This document shows positions 1 through 8,771 of a stretch of 32,000 nt of DNA, one piece after another. The first letter of the stretch is position 1. Every line of letters starts with the position of its first letter. The stretch comes from Fimbriiglobus ruber (lineage in GTDB: Bacteria > Planctomycetota > Planctomycetia > Gemmatales > Gemmataceae): assembly GCF_002197845.1 (NCBI RefSeq), contig NZ_NIDE01000020.1:139460-171459 (forward strand), read 5' to 3'. The position numbers and the translations under genes are program-made. The notes beneath the pieces are model-generated. The model saw nothing but the letters and a program-made list of their open reading frames with translations, made no database searches and was not told the DNA's origin.

Positions 1-513
1 TGCCCCATGAGCCGGGACGGTCGGGGGTCCGGTGGGGGCGGGGGAACCGGGGCGGCCGGGGCGACCCCCAGGACGGCCCCGACCGGGCTCCACGCCGTCC
101 CCCGACCGGGCACGCCGGGGTGTCGGGGTGGACAGTCCCGGCCGCCACCCAGGCGGCCACATGGGCGACCGGGTACGGGCCGGTCGGGACCGGGCCGGTC
201 AGCAGCCAGAGCCCCGGGCCGGACTCGTTCGACGGGGTCATGGTCATCTCCGAGAGGGATCGAGCGATGGACCGGGTGACCGCTCCCTTCGGGGCGGCCG
301 GCGCCGGCCGGTGAGACCGGCCGCGGATCTCTCCGGGGTCCGGCGGCCGTCTGAGTTCGAGACGATGGTTCGGGATCGCAAGCCGGCCGGGCACACACCC
401 GCGCCGGCCGGGGCGTCAAGCGGCCCCGGTCGGAACGGGAACGGGGTTCCCGGCGAGCGGACATTCGGCGACCGCAAGCCGCCGTTGTGCGAATGGCACG
501 CAGGCATTGTCAT

Positions 514-534
514 TTGACACGCAACTAGTGTCAA
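514..534. promoter_or_regulatory. Perfect 7-bp inverted repeat TTGACAC-N7-GTGTCAA upstream of the XRE-type gene
   Basis: Read directly: ttgacac gcaacta gtgtcaa, 27 bp upstream of the 562 ORF start. Confidence 0.5.
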
Positions 535-561
535 GCGGGCCGCAGCGTATGTTCGCCCGGA

Positions 562-864
562 ATGGCCACCAAAGCCCAGCACGGGGACGATTACGCCCGC
601 CTGCCGGGGTTCCTCCGGGACCTCCGGGAGGCGGCCGGGCTGACCCAGCGGGATCTCGGGCGGGCCGTCGGCCGCCCCCAGAGCTGGGTGTATAACTGCG
701 AGACCGGGAACCGACGGGTGGACGTGACCGAGTTCGCCGCCTGGGCAACCGCGTGCGGGGCCGACCCGCGGGTCGCGTTCGCCCGGTTCCTGGACGCCGG
801 AACCCGCCGGCCGGCCCGGCCGTCGCCGGACACCGCCCCGGGCAGCGGACCCGATCCAGGCTAA
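562..864 (+). CDS. XRE-family helix-turn-helix transcriptional regulator
   Basis: LPGFLRDLREAAGLTQRDLGRAVGRPQSWVYNCETGNRRVDVTEFAAWATACG matches an HTH_3 pattern. Confidence 0.8.
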   Translation: MATKAQHGDDYARLPGFLRDLREAAGLTQRDLGRAVGRPQSWVYNCETGNRRVDVTEFAAWATACGADPRVAFARFLDAGTRRPARPSPDTAPGSGPDPG

Positions 865-906
865 CTCACGGGCCATCATGAGTTATGCCCGAAAAGCCGC
901 GAGAAT

Positions 907-1703
907 TTAGGCGCCCGAGGGGGTTCCACGCGCGGGGCTCGCGGGACGGCCGCCCAGGGCCTCCCGCACGAGATCGCGGATGTCGTCCAGGAACCCCTGC
1001 CCGAGCATCCAGTCGAGATACCCCGGGTCGGTGCGGGCGACAGCGGCCAGCGGCCGACCGGCGTGCTTGCCGAACGCGAACGTCACCCGCCCGGCCGCGT
1101 CCCGCCGGAACCGCCGGGCGACGTCGACCTCGACCAGGGTCGCGTGCAGGGCGGCCGGGTCCGGCGGCAGCCCGTACGCCCCGACCTGGACGTCCAGGAC
1201 GGCGGCCGCCGCCCGCACGTCGGCGGCCGCCGCGTGGGCCCGCGGGTGGGCGCGCCCGAGGTAGAACTTGACCGCCGCGGTCAAATCCCGGGGTTCCATC
1301 CGGTGGTACACGGTCAGGGCGTCAAGGACGGCCCGCCCGCCGACCCGGAACGAGACCCCGGCCCGGGCGAACTCGGCGGCCAGGACGGGCAGGTCGAACC
1401 CGGCGATCCGAACCCGGCCAGGTCGGCGTCAACCAGGAAGGCGGCCAGGCTCCGGGCGATCGCCCGGAACGGCGGGGCGGCGGCCACGGCCGCGTCGGTG
1501 ATCCCGTGGACGGCCGTCGCGGCCGGCGGAATCGGCACCCCGGGGCGGACCCGCTGGTGGCACAACTGGGACCGCCCGTCCGGGGCGATCTTGAGAACGG
1601 CGAACTCGACGATCCGGTCCCGGGCCGGGTCGACCCCGGTCGTCTCCAGGTCGAGCACTGCGAGCGGGCGGGCAAGGGTCAGGTGCGAGAACGGGAAATG
1701 CAA
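907..1703 (-). pseudogene. DnaQ-like 3'-5' exonuclease, reading frame disrupted near 1415-1425
   Basis: First half AVLDLETTGVDPARDRIVEFAVLKI...AVHGITD in one frame (ORF 1314..1703). The continuation FDLPVLAAEFARAG...MYHRMEPRDLTAAVKFYLGR... is in the 907..1311 frame. Confidence 0.65.
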
Positions 1704-1936
1704 TCGGATACTCCTGAAAGCCGTCCGGCGCGCACCCCTCCGACGGTGCGGACGAGTGACGAACGATGCCGGATTTCGGTGTGCGAGGCGGGCGGGTGAC
1801 GAAATTCACTCCGCTCCATTTCCCAGCATGGGAATGAGGGGCGCGGGGCGACGCAGTCCGCCGTCCCCGTTCGAACGGTATTCTTTCTGGGATCATGTCC
1901 CCGAACTCGCGGATCAGGGTGGTGTCGACACCCGTC

Positions 1937-3865
1937 TCAATCGGCCGGCGGTTCCTCCTTCGGTTTCCGTTTTCGGTCCCATCGCGACGCGACCGCGGGT
2001 CGCACCTTGAGTTCGCGGTACGGGTCGGTCAAGCCTTCGGCCGCCATCAGCCGAGCGTACGCGTACGCCCGTTTCACGGTCATCCGGTTGATGTCCAGTT
2101 CGGCGGCGATCTCGTTGAGGCTCGCGTCCGGGCGGGCCGCCTTGGCCGCCAGGCACGCCGGCAGGTGACGGACGTGGACGGGCGGTTGGAACAGGTCGAG
2201 CGTCGTCGACGCCTCGAACGGCGGCTCCCCGGGGGCCGCCCAGGCGTCGAACCGGAGGGTGATCGTGGCCCGGGGCCGGATCGCCGGGCGGTCGAGTTGT
2301 TGGACCGGGCGGATGACGAAGACCGGGAGCAACCGCCGCAGGATCTCGGCGAACTCCGCGGAGGTCTCGGCCATTCGCTCGATCGCTTCGTCCAGGCGGG
2401 CGGCCACGTCGGCGGCCGAGGTGAATTCCCCGGCCGCATCGTGCTCCTCGGCCACCCGGGACCGCTCGCCGCGAGCGGCTTGGAGGGCGTCCTGAACCTC
2501 TTTCAACTCGGTCACCAGCGCCTCGAGTTCCCCGCCCAGGCCGATCGCGGTCGCGAGTCGCTTCGCCCGGACCTCGAGATCCGCGATCTGCCCGTCGAGG
2601 GTGTTCCCGGACTTCTGGCGGCGGCGGCGGTGCCGCCCGAACTCGGCCCAGGCGGCGGCCGCGAGGGTCTCCCGAAACCCCGCCTGGTCGCCGATGATGC
2701 TCATGACCCACGGGATCACGACGGCCCGAACCGTAGCGATGTCGACCTGGACGTGATTCCAGCAACTCCGGGTGCTCCCGGCGAGCGTGTTCTGGCAACG
2801 GAGCAACGTGCCGTACTGATACATCCGGCCGCCGCAACACCCGCACGTCGCGCTCTGGCCCGGCCACCGCGTCCGTTTCCGCGGCTGCCGCCAGAGCGGG
2901 TTCTCTTTGCCCGCCCGCTGCCGCTTCGCCGACGCGGTCCGGCGGGCCTCCACGACCTCCAGGACCGCCGCGTGCTCGTCGGGCGTCAGGTGGCCCAATT
3001 CGGGGTACTCTTTCTCCTCGGGCGGGGCCGGGTTCGGGCACGACCGGTGTTTCCCGGTCCCGTACACCATTTTCGTGATGGTCGTCCGGAACCGCCGCCG
3101 CCCGCTCAGGATCGGGTCGCGGAGCAAGTCCTTGACCGTCCGCCCGGTCCACTGCTCGCGGTCCACGTACGCGCCCGGCGAAACCCCGTCCTGGTTCAAC
3201 CGGTCGGCGACCCGCACGTAACTCCACCCCGCGACCACCCACGCGGCCATCTGGCGGATTGTAGCCGTACAGTCCGGCCGCTTGGCGATCCGCAGGCCGA
3301 CCGGACCGAAGGTCCCGCCGGCCGCCTCCTCCCGGGTCAACTTACGGTACCCGTACTTGATCTTGAGGACCATTCCGCCGTGGGCGAACGACGACGTCGC
3401 CTTCCGCCGCACCCGCTGCCGCGCCTCCGGCACCGTCATCCCGTGCCGCAGCGACGCCGTGTGCATCATGACTTCCCAGTTCACGTCGGCCGTGTCAATG
3501 TTGTCGGCGAGCGACACGAACCGGACATCGGCGTCCAGGCACGCCTGGACGAAGCCCCACTGCATGCGGGGGTTCCGGTAGATCTCCCGCAGCTCGGTCA
3601 CGAGGACCAGGTCCCAGTCTCCGGACGTGACGAGTTCGTCGGCCTCGACCATCGTCTGCCGGTCGACGACCCAGCCACTGGCCTGCTCGCCCAACCGCCG
3701 GATCTCGGTCGGACCCGCGTACACCCGCTGTAACCACCGCTCCGCGTCCTCGTGTTGCGAGGTGATACTCGCCATGTCTTGACCGGGGGTCGAGATGCGG
3801 CCCGGGATGATCACCCGTAGGACTTTGTCGGTGCCCCGGGGGACGAGAGGTGTTCCGAGATTCAT
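1937..3865 (-). CDS. Large serine recombinase (resolvase N-terminus, recombinase domain, zinc ribbon, C-terminal HTH-like segment)
   Basis: Starts MNLGTPLVPRG... at ATG 3865 with GAAAGGAGGT ribosome-binding site just upstream. Contains VIIPGRISTPGQDMASITSQ, GYRKLTREE...ADRLNQDGVSP, CGCCGGRMYQYGTLLRCQNT..C and SLNEIAAELDINRMTVKRAY. Confidence 0.88.
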   Translation of the reverse strand: MNLGTPLVPRGTDKVLRVIIPGRISTPGQDMASITSQHEDAERWLQRVYAGPTEIRRLGEQASGWVVDRQTMVEADELVTSGDWDLVLVTELREIYRNPRMQWGFVQACLDADVRFVSLADNIDTADVNWEVMMHTASLRHGMTVPEARQRVRRKATSSFAHGGMVLKIKYGYRKLTREEAAGGTFGPVGLRIAKRPDCTATIRQMAAWVVAGWSYVRVADRLNQDGVSPGAYVDREQWTGRTVKDLLRDPILSGRRRFRTTITKMVYGTGKHRSCPNPAPPEEKEYPELGHLTPDEHAAVLEVVEARRTASAKRQRAGKENPLWRQPRKRTRWPGQSATCGCCGGRMYQYGTLLRCQNTLAGSTRSCWNHVQVDIATVRAVVIPWVMSIIGDQAGFRETLAAAAWAEFGRHRRRRQKSGNTLDGQIADLEVRAKRLATAIGLGGELEALVTELKEVQDALQAARGERSRVAEEHDAAGEFTSAADVAARLDEAIERMAETSAEFAEILRRLLPVFVIRPVQQLDRPAIRPRATITLRFDAWAAPGEPPFEASTTLDLFQPPVHVRHLPACLAAKAARPDASLNEIAAELDINRMTVKRAYAYARLMAAEGLTDPYRELKVRPAVASRWDRKRKPKEEPPAD

Positions 3866-5217
3866 CGGGCACCTCCTTTCGCGACCCCGGCGGCCCAGGC
3901 GAGCGACGCCGGCCACCGCCGCAGGGCGGCCTCGATCTGCCCCCGCTGGGTCTCCGGTCGGGTGTGCGTGTAATTCGCCGTCATCCCCAGCCCCCCGCCC
4001 GGCGGCCGGTGGCCGAGGGTAATCTGGCGGACCAGGGGGTCGACGTTGGCGTCCTGTAGGAGCGTCGCGAACGTGTGCCGCCACGATTTCGGGCACGTCG
4101 CGTCGGGGCGGCCGAGGGCGGCCATCGTTCGTACGAACGACGCGCGGACATCGTCCGCCCGGACCGCCCCCGCGTCCTTCCAGACAGATCGCGCGACCCG
4201 CAGGGCGTCCGCCCGGGACGCCCCCGATCCGCTGCCCTCTTGCCGCTGGAGGCAGACCCGTTCCAGCTCGCGGTGGTCGCCGCTCAGAGCCGGGGTGGTC
4301 CCGCGCTCGAACGACTCCCGGAGGAAGACCGGACCGGACCGCCGGGGGCCGATCACCCGCCGGAGGACGGCCACCCCCTCGGGGAGAACCGGGACGGACC
4401 GCTCCGACCCCGTCTTGATCCGCCACCCGAGGGCGGTTTTGTTCCGGACGTGCAACCACCCGGCCGCAAGGTCCAGGTCCTCAATGAGCAAGTGGGTCAA
4501 CTCGCCGACCCGGAGCCCGGTCTTGGCCAGCGTGAAATGAATCGGCCCGGCCCACGGGGACGCGGACATCAGGAACGCCAACTCAGTGGCCGCATCGAAC
4601 ACGAAAATCGGTTTCGCATCGGTGATCGTCATCCGGTCGAGCGGGAGTTCGGCGAATGGGTTGCCGGCATACGGCGGCAGGTGCCGCCGCTTGGCCGCGA
4701 ACGCGTACATCGCTCGGCACGTTTCCAGAATAAATTGGACGCCCTTGTCGCGGAGTCGCCTTCGGGCGGTGTTCGGGTGCCCGTTCGGGGCAACCTCGAC
4801 CACCCGCAGGTGGGCGACGAAGCGGTCGGGGTTGACATCGTGGGCCAGCGGCGGGCGGGGTTGGCGGGCGGCGAAGTCGGCCAGGTGACGGGTGGCCGCG
4901 CGATACCGGGTGACGGTCGCCAGCGAGGAGTTGAGAACGTGTTCGTGGTAGATGAGGAATTCGTCCCGCAGCGCCGCCACGCTGACCGGGGTGAACGCCA
5001 ACAGGGTCGGGGCGCCGGCCGCCAACTGGGCGTTGACCTGGGCGGCCACCCGGACGGCCTCGTCCTTCGTCGCGGCGACTTTCCGGCGGACCGGCCGCCC
5101 GGCGTCGCGGTAGTACACCCACCACGCGCCGTGGTGGAAATAGACGGACACCCGGCCGACGCGGTGCCGAGCCGGCCGACCCTTCTTGCGAGACGACACG
5201 ATCACACTCCCGTGCAC
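3862..5217 (-). CDS. Tyrosine recombinase/integrase (GTG start; an alternative GTG lies just downstream)
   Basis: TGLRVGELTHLLIEDLD, SWRHTFATLLQDANVDPLVRQITLGH, ANYTHTRPET. Stop TGA overlaps the ATG of the serine recombinase (ATGA). Confidence 0.9.
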   Translation of the reverse strand: MHGSVIVSSRKKGRPARHRVGRVSVYFHHGAWWVYYRDAGRPVRRKVAATKDEAVRVAAQVNAQLAAGAPTLLAFTPVSVAALRDEFLIYHEHVLNSSLATVTRYRAATRHLADFAARQPRPPLAHDVNPDRFVAHLRVVEVAPNGHPNTARRRLRDKGVQFILETCRAMYAFAAKRRHLPPYAGNPFAELPLDRMTITDAKPIFVFDAATELAFLMSASPWAGPIHFTLAKTGLRVGELTHLLIEDLDLAAGWLHVRNKTALGWRIKTGSERSVPVLPEGVAVLRRVIGPRRSGPVFLRESFERGTTPALSGDHRELERVCLQRQEGSGSGASRADALRVARSVWKDAGAVRADDVRASFVRTMAALGRPDATCPKSWRHTFATLLQDANVDPLVRQITLGHRPPGGGLGMTANYTHTRPETQRGQIEAALRRWPASLAWAAGVAKGGAR

Positions 5218-5240
5218 CGAATGTGCACCGAATGTGCACC
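5212..5240. repeat. 11-bp tandem direct repeat GTGCACCGAAT, 2.6 copies
   Basis: gtgcaccgaat|gtgcaccgaat|gtgcacc; each unit carries the palindrome GTGCAC. Confidence 0.9.
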
Positions 5241-5264
5241 AGAGACGTGTCGATGACGGAGGGA

Positions 5265-5276
5265 AAATGACGCAAG
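5265..5276. repeat. 12-bp AAATGACGCAAG, left arm of an inverted repeat flanking tRNA-Ser
   Basis: Exact reverse complement of 5437..5448 (CTTGCGTCATTT). Confidence 0.7.
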
Positions 5277-5320
5277 CGATTGGAATTTATCGGCTTACGT
5301 CACGCGAACAGAAAATGAAA

Positions 5321-5408
5321 CGGAGAGGGAGGGATTCGAACCCTCGGTAAGGACAAGCCCTACTCCGGTTTTCAAGACCGGCCCATTAAACCACTCTGGC
5401 ACCTCTCC
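5321..5408 (-). tRNA. tRNA-Ser(UGA)
   Basis: RC reads GGAGAGG TGCCAGAGTGG...GGTCTTGAAAACC...AGGGTTCGAATCCCT CCCTCTCC G. 7-bp acceptor stem, anticodon TGA, discriminator G, long variable arm, no encoded CCA. Confidence 0.93.
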
Positions 5409-5436
5409 AAATATTGATCTCCTTACGTGTCAACAT

Positions 5437-5448
5437 CTTGCGTCATTT
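5437..5448. repeat. 12-bp CTTGCGTCATTT, right arm of the inverted repeat flanking tRNA-Ser
   Basis: Exact reverse complement of 5265..5276; overlaps the stop codon of the second integrase. Confidence 0.7.
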
Positions 5449-6591
5449 GCTCGGATCCTCACTTGTTACTGTTTCGAACGTATGGCAAACCCGTGGCAAA
5501 CCGGAACTAATTGGCTCCACTGGGGCATTGTACATCCCCAGGAAGGCGTCGGTGAGACGGATCTGATCGTTTTGCAGGGCGTGACCGTAGACCCGCAGGA
5601 CCATCGACGGGTCGGAGTGCCCGAGGCGGCGGGCCACGCTCAGAACGTTGGCGCCGCTCGACATAAGGAGGGTGGCTCCTGTGTGGCGCAGTTCGCCCGG
5701 CACCCATCCCTTCAGGCCGGCGGCTGCGGCCAGCACCTTCCACTGCGAAACGAGTCCGTAGTAGGAGATGTGGCCGCGAGACGTACCGGGGAAGATCCAA
5801 TCGGTCGACTTGCAGACCTTGCGGTAGGTGTCCAAAGCCGTAATCGTCGGCATAGTCAGCGGGACGGTACGCCGGCTGAATTCGTTTTTCAGCCCCTTCA
5901 CCTCTCCAGTCTCGGGGCAGATGGCTCTCACGATTTTGATTTGCCGGCCGTCGTAGTCTTCCCAGCGGAGGGCGATCAGTTCTCGGGGTCGCGTACAGCA
6001 CTCCACCCCGAGCCGGACGATGATTCCGAAGTGCGGCCGTTTGGCGAAATCGTCGGCGACTTTCACGAGGCCGACGAACTGCTCCAATGTGAGCGATCGC
6101 CGTTTCGCCCGAACCACCTTCGGGGGCGTGATTTTATCGAGCGTCGAATTCGGTAACGTGGGATGGGAGCGGAGTATCTTCGAGAGCGTGGAGAACGCGC
6201 GGTGCCGCTGGTCGGCGGACTTGCCGGCCTTCATCATGCTCGTCAGCCACTTGCGTACCTTCGCGGCCAGCTCGACATGATCAGCGACGAGACACTTCGC
6301 CAGGTCGGGACGTATCAGCGACTCAATCACTTCCTTGTCTCGGCCGACCGTCTTGGCCTCTACCTGCGTCTCTTGAATCGCAATCCATTCGTCCAGCCAT
6401 TCCCCGAGCGTACCCGAATCCTTTGGCCGGTCGACGTGCTCGCGGATCCACGCCAGGGCATCCGTCTTCCGGTCGAATACCTTGGATCGGCCTGGACCGT
6501 TCGGCCCCGGGAGTTTCGCGCGGAACTGGCCGTCGCCATGCGGTAGGGCAGACCCTTCACCTTGCCCGCGGGAGCCTTTTTTTTTGGCCAC
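5443..6591 (-). CDS. Phage-type tyrosine integrase
   Basis: CCTRPRELIALRWEDYDG, GELRHTGATLLMSSGANVLSVARRLGHSDPSMVLRVYGH; located 35 bp from tRNA-Ser. Confidence 0.93.
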   Translation of the reverse strand: MAKKKGSRGQGEGSALPHGDGQFRAKLPGPNGPGRSKVFDRKTDALAWIREHVDRPKDSGTLGEWLDEWIAIQETQVEAKTVGRDKEVIESLIRPDLAKCLVADHVELAAKVRKWLTSMMKAGKSADQRHRAFSTLSKILRSHPTLPNSTLDKITPPKVVRAKRRSLTLEQFVGLVKVADDFAKRPHFGIIVRLGVECCTRPRELIALRWEDYDGRQIKIVRAICPETGEVKGLKNEFSRRTVPLTMPTITALDTYRKVCKSTDWIFPGTSRGHISYYGLVSQWKVLAAAAGLKGWVPGELRHTGATLLMSSGANVLSVARRLGHSDPSMVLRVYGHALQNDQIRLTDAFLGMYNAPVEPISSGLPRVCHTFETVTSEDPSK

Positions 6592-6708
6592 GGCGACAGC
6601 TCCTTCGGGGAGTTATTTCGCGGAATCTGATTCAACCGTCTTTGCGAATCCCGGTCAGGCAAGTTTTACTTAAATCACCACTCCATTCCACCCCAGAGAT
6701 TTCGCACC

Positions 6709-6927
6709 GTGAACGCCCAGACCATCCTCATCCGCTGCATCGACGTCGGTTGCGGCACCAACACCGCGACCGTCCGCGATGCCCGCACTGGGCAGACGGT
6801 CAAGATCCGAGACGCGCGACTCGTCACGGGACCGAACGGGTGGTTGTGCGTGGAAGCGGAGATCATGACCGCCGTGGCGAAATCGGCTCTGGTGAAATTG
6901 TCCGACGGTCAAACCATCTGGATCTGA
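6709..6927 (+). CDS. Small hypothetical protein
   Basis: Coherent 72-aa ORF in the strand block after the integrase. Confidence 0.5.
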   Translation: MNAQTILIRCIDVGCGTNTATVRDARTGQTVKIRDARLVTGPNGWLCVEAEIMTAVAKSALVKLSDGQTIWI

Positions 6928-7134
6928 AGCCATGTTCAAAGATAAACCACGGCATCTGAAGCTCTTCGTCGCCTCATCCCCGCGTCTCCACCCCATCCTC
7001 CTCTCCGCCCTCCGCGACCTGCTCCTCTCGGGCGACGTGGCCGCCCCGACGGTGTGGGCCGCGATGACGGGGGAGAGTCCGCCGCCAGGGGCGAGACTAG
7101 TGAACCAGGTGAAAAGAATTTCGCGAGAATCGTA

Positions 7135-7163
7135 TTGACACCTGTTTTATAGGGAGCTAATAT
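7135..7163 (+). promoter_or_regulatory. Candidate promoter TTGACA-N17-TAATAT
   Basis: ttgaca 7135..7140, taatat 7158..7163; same extended motif (TTGACAC-N15-CTAATAT) as at 11712..11740. Confidence 0.6.
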
Positions 7164-7208
7164 TACATGTGTGATGTATGTGGATAACCTTAACCACGGA
7201 GACGAGCC

Positions 7209-7484
7209 ATGACGACCAAGACGACCGCCGCGAACTTGGAAGCCGCCAGCCTGCGGGCAAAACTTTTCGCGATGGTGAACGAGTTCAAGGATTTGGCGTC
7301 TCAGATCAGCAATTCCGAGGCGGGCGATTTTGACTCGCGTTTCGAGGCGGGAAATCAGGCCGATGCGGTGGCCTGCCTGCTGGCAGACGTTCACGGGAAA
7401 ATCAGCGGGTCCGGCCCGAAATACGACCTTTTCATTGACGCGCACCGTGACGATAAGGACCAATCGTTCGCGTTCCAAATCTAA
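7209..7484 (+). CDS. Hypothetical protein
   Basis: MTTKTTAANLEAASLRAKLFAMVNEFKDL...; GGAG ribosome-binding site upstream. Confidence 0.65.
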   Translation: MTTKTTAANLEAASLRAKLFAMVNEFKDLASQISNSEAGDFDSRFEAGNQADAVACLLADVHGKISGSGPKYDLFIDAHRDDKDQSFAFQI

Positions 7485-7503
7485 CCTTGAACCAAGTGAT
7501 CCT

Positions 7504-7905
7504 GTGCCTGATATCCCCCACACCCCCGAGAAGCGTGGCCGCGGTCGCCCCCGGACCCGGCCGGAAGGTGCCAAAGAGCGGAAGGTCTGGCTGACGGACG
7601 AAGAATTTGCGGGCGTACAAAAAGATGCGGCGGCCTTCCGCCTATCAGTCGAGGAACTGGCGAGACGGCGTCTATTGAAGATCCCCGAACTTGACCCCGA
7701 GACACCCATGATTCTCCAAACCTTTCGTCACGGTCGAATCATTGACACCGAGATAGTCGGCTCAACTTGGCAAGCCGCGATACTCGTTCGTCAGCGGATA
7801 CCACCCGCTTCGACGGCGAATGCGGGTTGTGATTTCATTCTGGTGGATGGCAACCAGAAACATTACTGGGCACCCGTCGGCGAATGGGCACCGTTGCCGG
7901 GGTAA
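7504..7905 (+). CDS. Hypothetical protein with AT-hook-like GRGRPRTRP and RHH-like N-terminus (GTG start)
   Basis: RGRGRPRTRPEGAKERKVWLTDEEFAGVQKDAAAFRLSVEELARRRLL. Confidence 0.55.
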   Translation: MPDIPHTPEKRGRGRPRTRPEGAKERKVWLTDEEFAGVQKDAAAFRLSVEELARRRLLKIPELDPETPMILQTFRHGRIIDTEIVGSTWQAAILVRQRIPPASTANAGCDFILVDGNQKHYWAPVGEWAPLPG

Positions 7906-7908
7906 TCT

Positions 7909-8322
7909 GTGAGCGCGCGTCAATCCGCCAACTACACCCACCAACCCGGCGACACCCGCCCGCCCTTCCACGTCGCCGTCATGGCCGAGCCAGGTCTCAC
8001 GATCGATGCAGGCACGCTCTACCGGCGACTCATAATTCTCCTCCGTGACAAGCGACAGACGCACCGGATCAACTTCCACACGATCTTCGGCGAGCCCCTG
8101 AGTGCCACATTGAGCGAGGTAGCTGAGCGGTTCAACGACCGCCCCTCAGCCACGGCGTGCGCGGCCCGCGGCTACTGGCCCGGCCATATGAAGTCGGCCG
8201 TGCGGGTGCTGAGCCTGGTCAACGCGGCGGTGTGGTTCTGCGAGGCAGAGACGGACGGGGCGCGGTGGCTGGTGGATGTGGGGAGGAGGGTTGGGGTGCC
8301 GGTGAGAATCGTGAGGCTATGA
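7909..8322 (+). CDS. Hypothetical protein
   Basis: Coherent ORF directly downstream of 7504..7905 on the same strand. Confidence 0.45.
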   Translation: MSARQSANYTHQPGDTRPPFHVAVMAEPGLTIDAGTLYRRLIILLRDKRQTHRINFHTIFGEPLSATLSEVAERFNDRPSATACAARGYWPGHMKSAVRVLSLVNAAVWFCEAETDGARWLVDVGRRVGVPVRIVRL

Positions 8323-8402
8323 AATGGCCGGGGCGTCGTGCCAGAGGTTTTTCAGGCCTCCGACACACCGCCCCGTCTTGTCGCAGTCTGAGCAAAGAGA
8401 TC

Positions 8403-8771
8403 TTACTCGGCGGCCGGCGGGGATGTCAACGACTCCCGTCGCTTCGCCCGCTTTCTCTCCAAATACCGCATTAGCCGCTCTGCGTCTTCGGCGGCGGCTT
8501 GTTGGACGGCCACGAGCCGAGCAGAGCAGGCGGCCACCTCGTCCAATTCATCGTCGCACGGTTCTGGGTAGACGGCATCGCGGTCGGCCTCGGCCAATTC
8601 CGCACGGGCTGCTTTATCGCCCAAGTAGGCCACCGACACGCGGACCGCGTCCGAGACCAGTTGGTGCAAACAGAACAAGTCGCGGTGCTTGATCGTTAGC
8701 GTCCACGCGGTCTCGATTATCCGCCGGGCACTTTTCTTTACGTCGGCATCAGTTTCCATTGTCGTGGTCAC
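8403..8771 (-). CDS. Hypothetical protein (GTG start)
   Basis: 122-aa ORF; start overlaps the upstream stop (GTGA at 8768..8771). Confidence 0.6.
   Translation of the reverse strand: MTTTMETDADVKKSARRIIETAWTLTIKHRDLFCLHQLVSDAVRVSVAYLGDKAARAELAEADRDAVYPEPCDDELDEVAACSARLVAVQQAAAEDAERLMRYLERKRAKRRESLTSPPAAE

Noticed and set aside
1914-3242. 442-aa minus-strand ORF in another frame
   Set aside because: Low-complexity Arg/Gly/Pro composition and fully inside the supported recombinase frame
1895-3733. 612-aa plus-strand ORF opposite the serine recombinase
   Set aside because: Pro/Arg/Gly/Val-rich shadow ORF typical of high-GC antisense frames; the minus strand encodes a clear recombinase
4075-5256. 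393-aa plus-strand ORF opposite the first tyrosine recombinase
   Set aside because: Antisense shadow; the integrase frame has catalytic motifs
1-5320. Search for a partial copy of the tRNA-Ser 3' end marking the far end of the left element
   Set aside because: No convincing match (only short chance strings such as 'gttcgaac' near 1870); the boundary probably lies outside the window
5409-5433. TTGACA (5428..5433, minus strand) as the tRNA-Ser promoter
   Set aside because: A 17-bp spacer would put the -10 inside the mature tRNA (TTGGAG); no good -10 found, so not called
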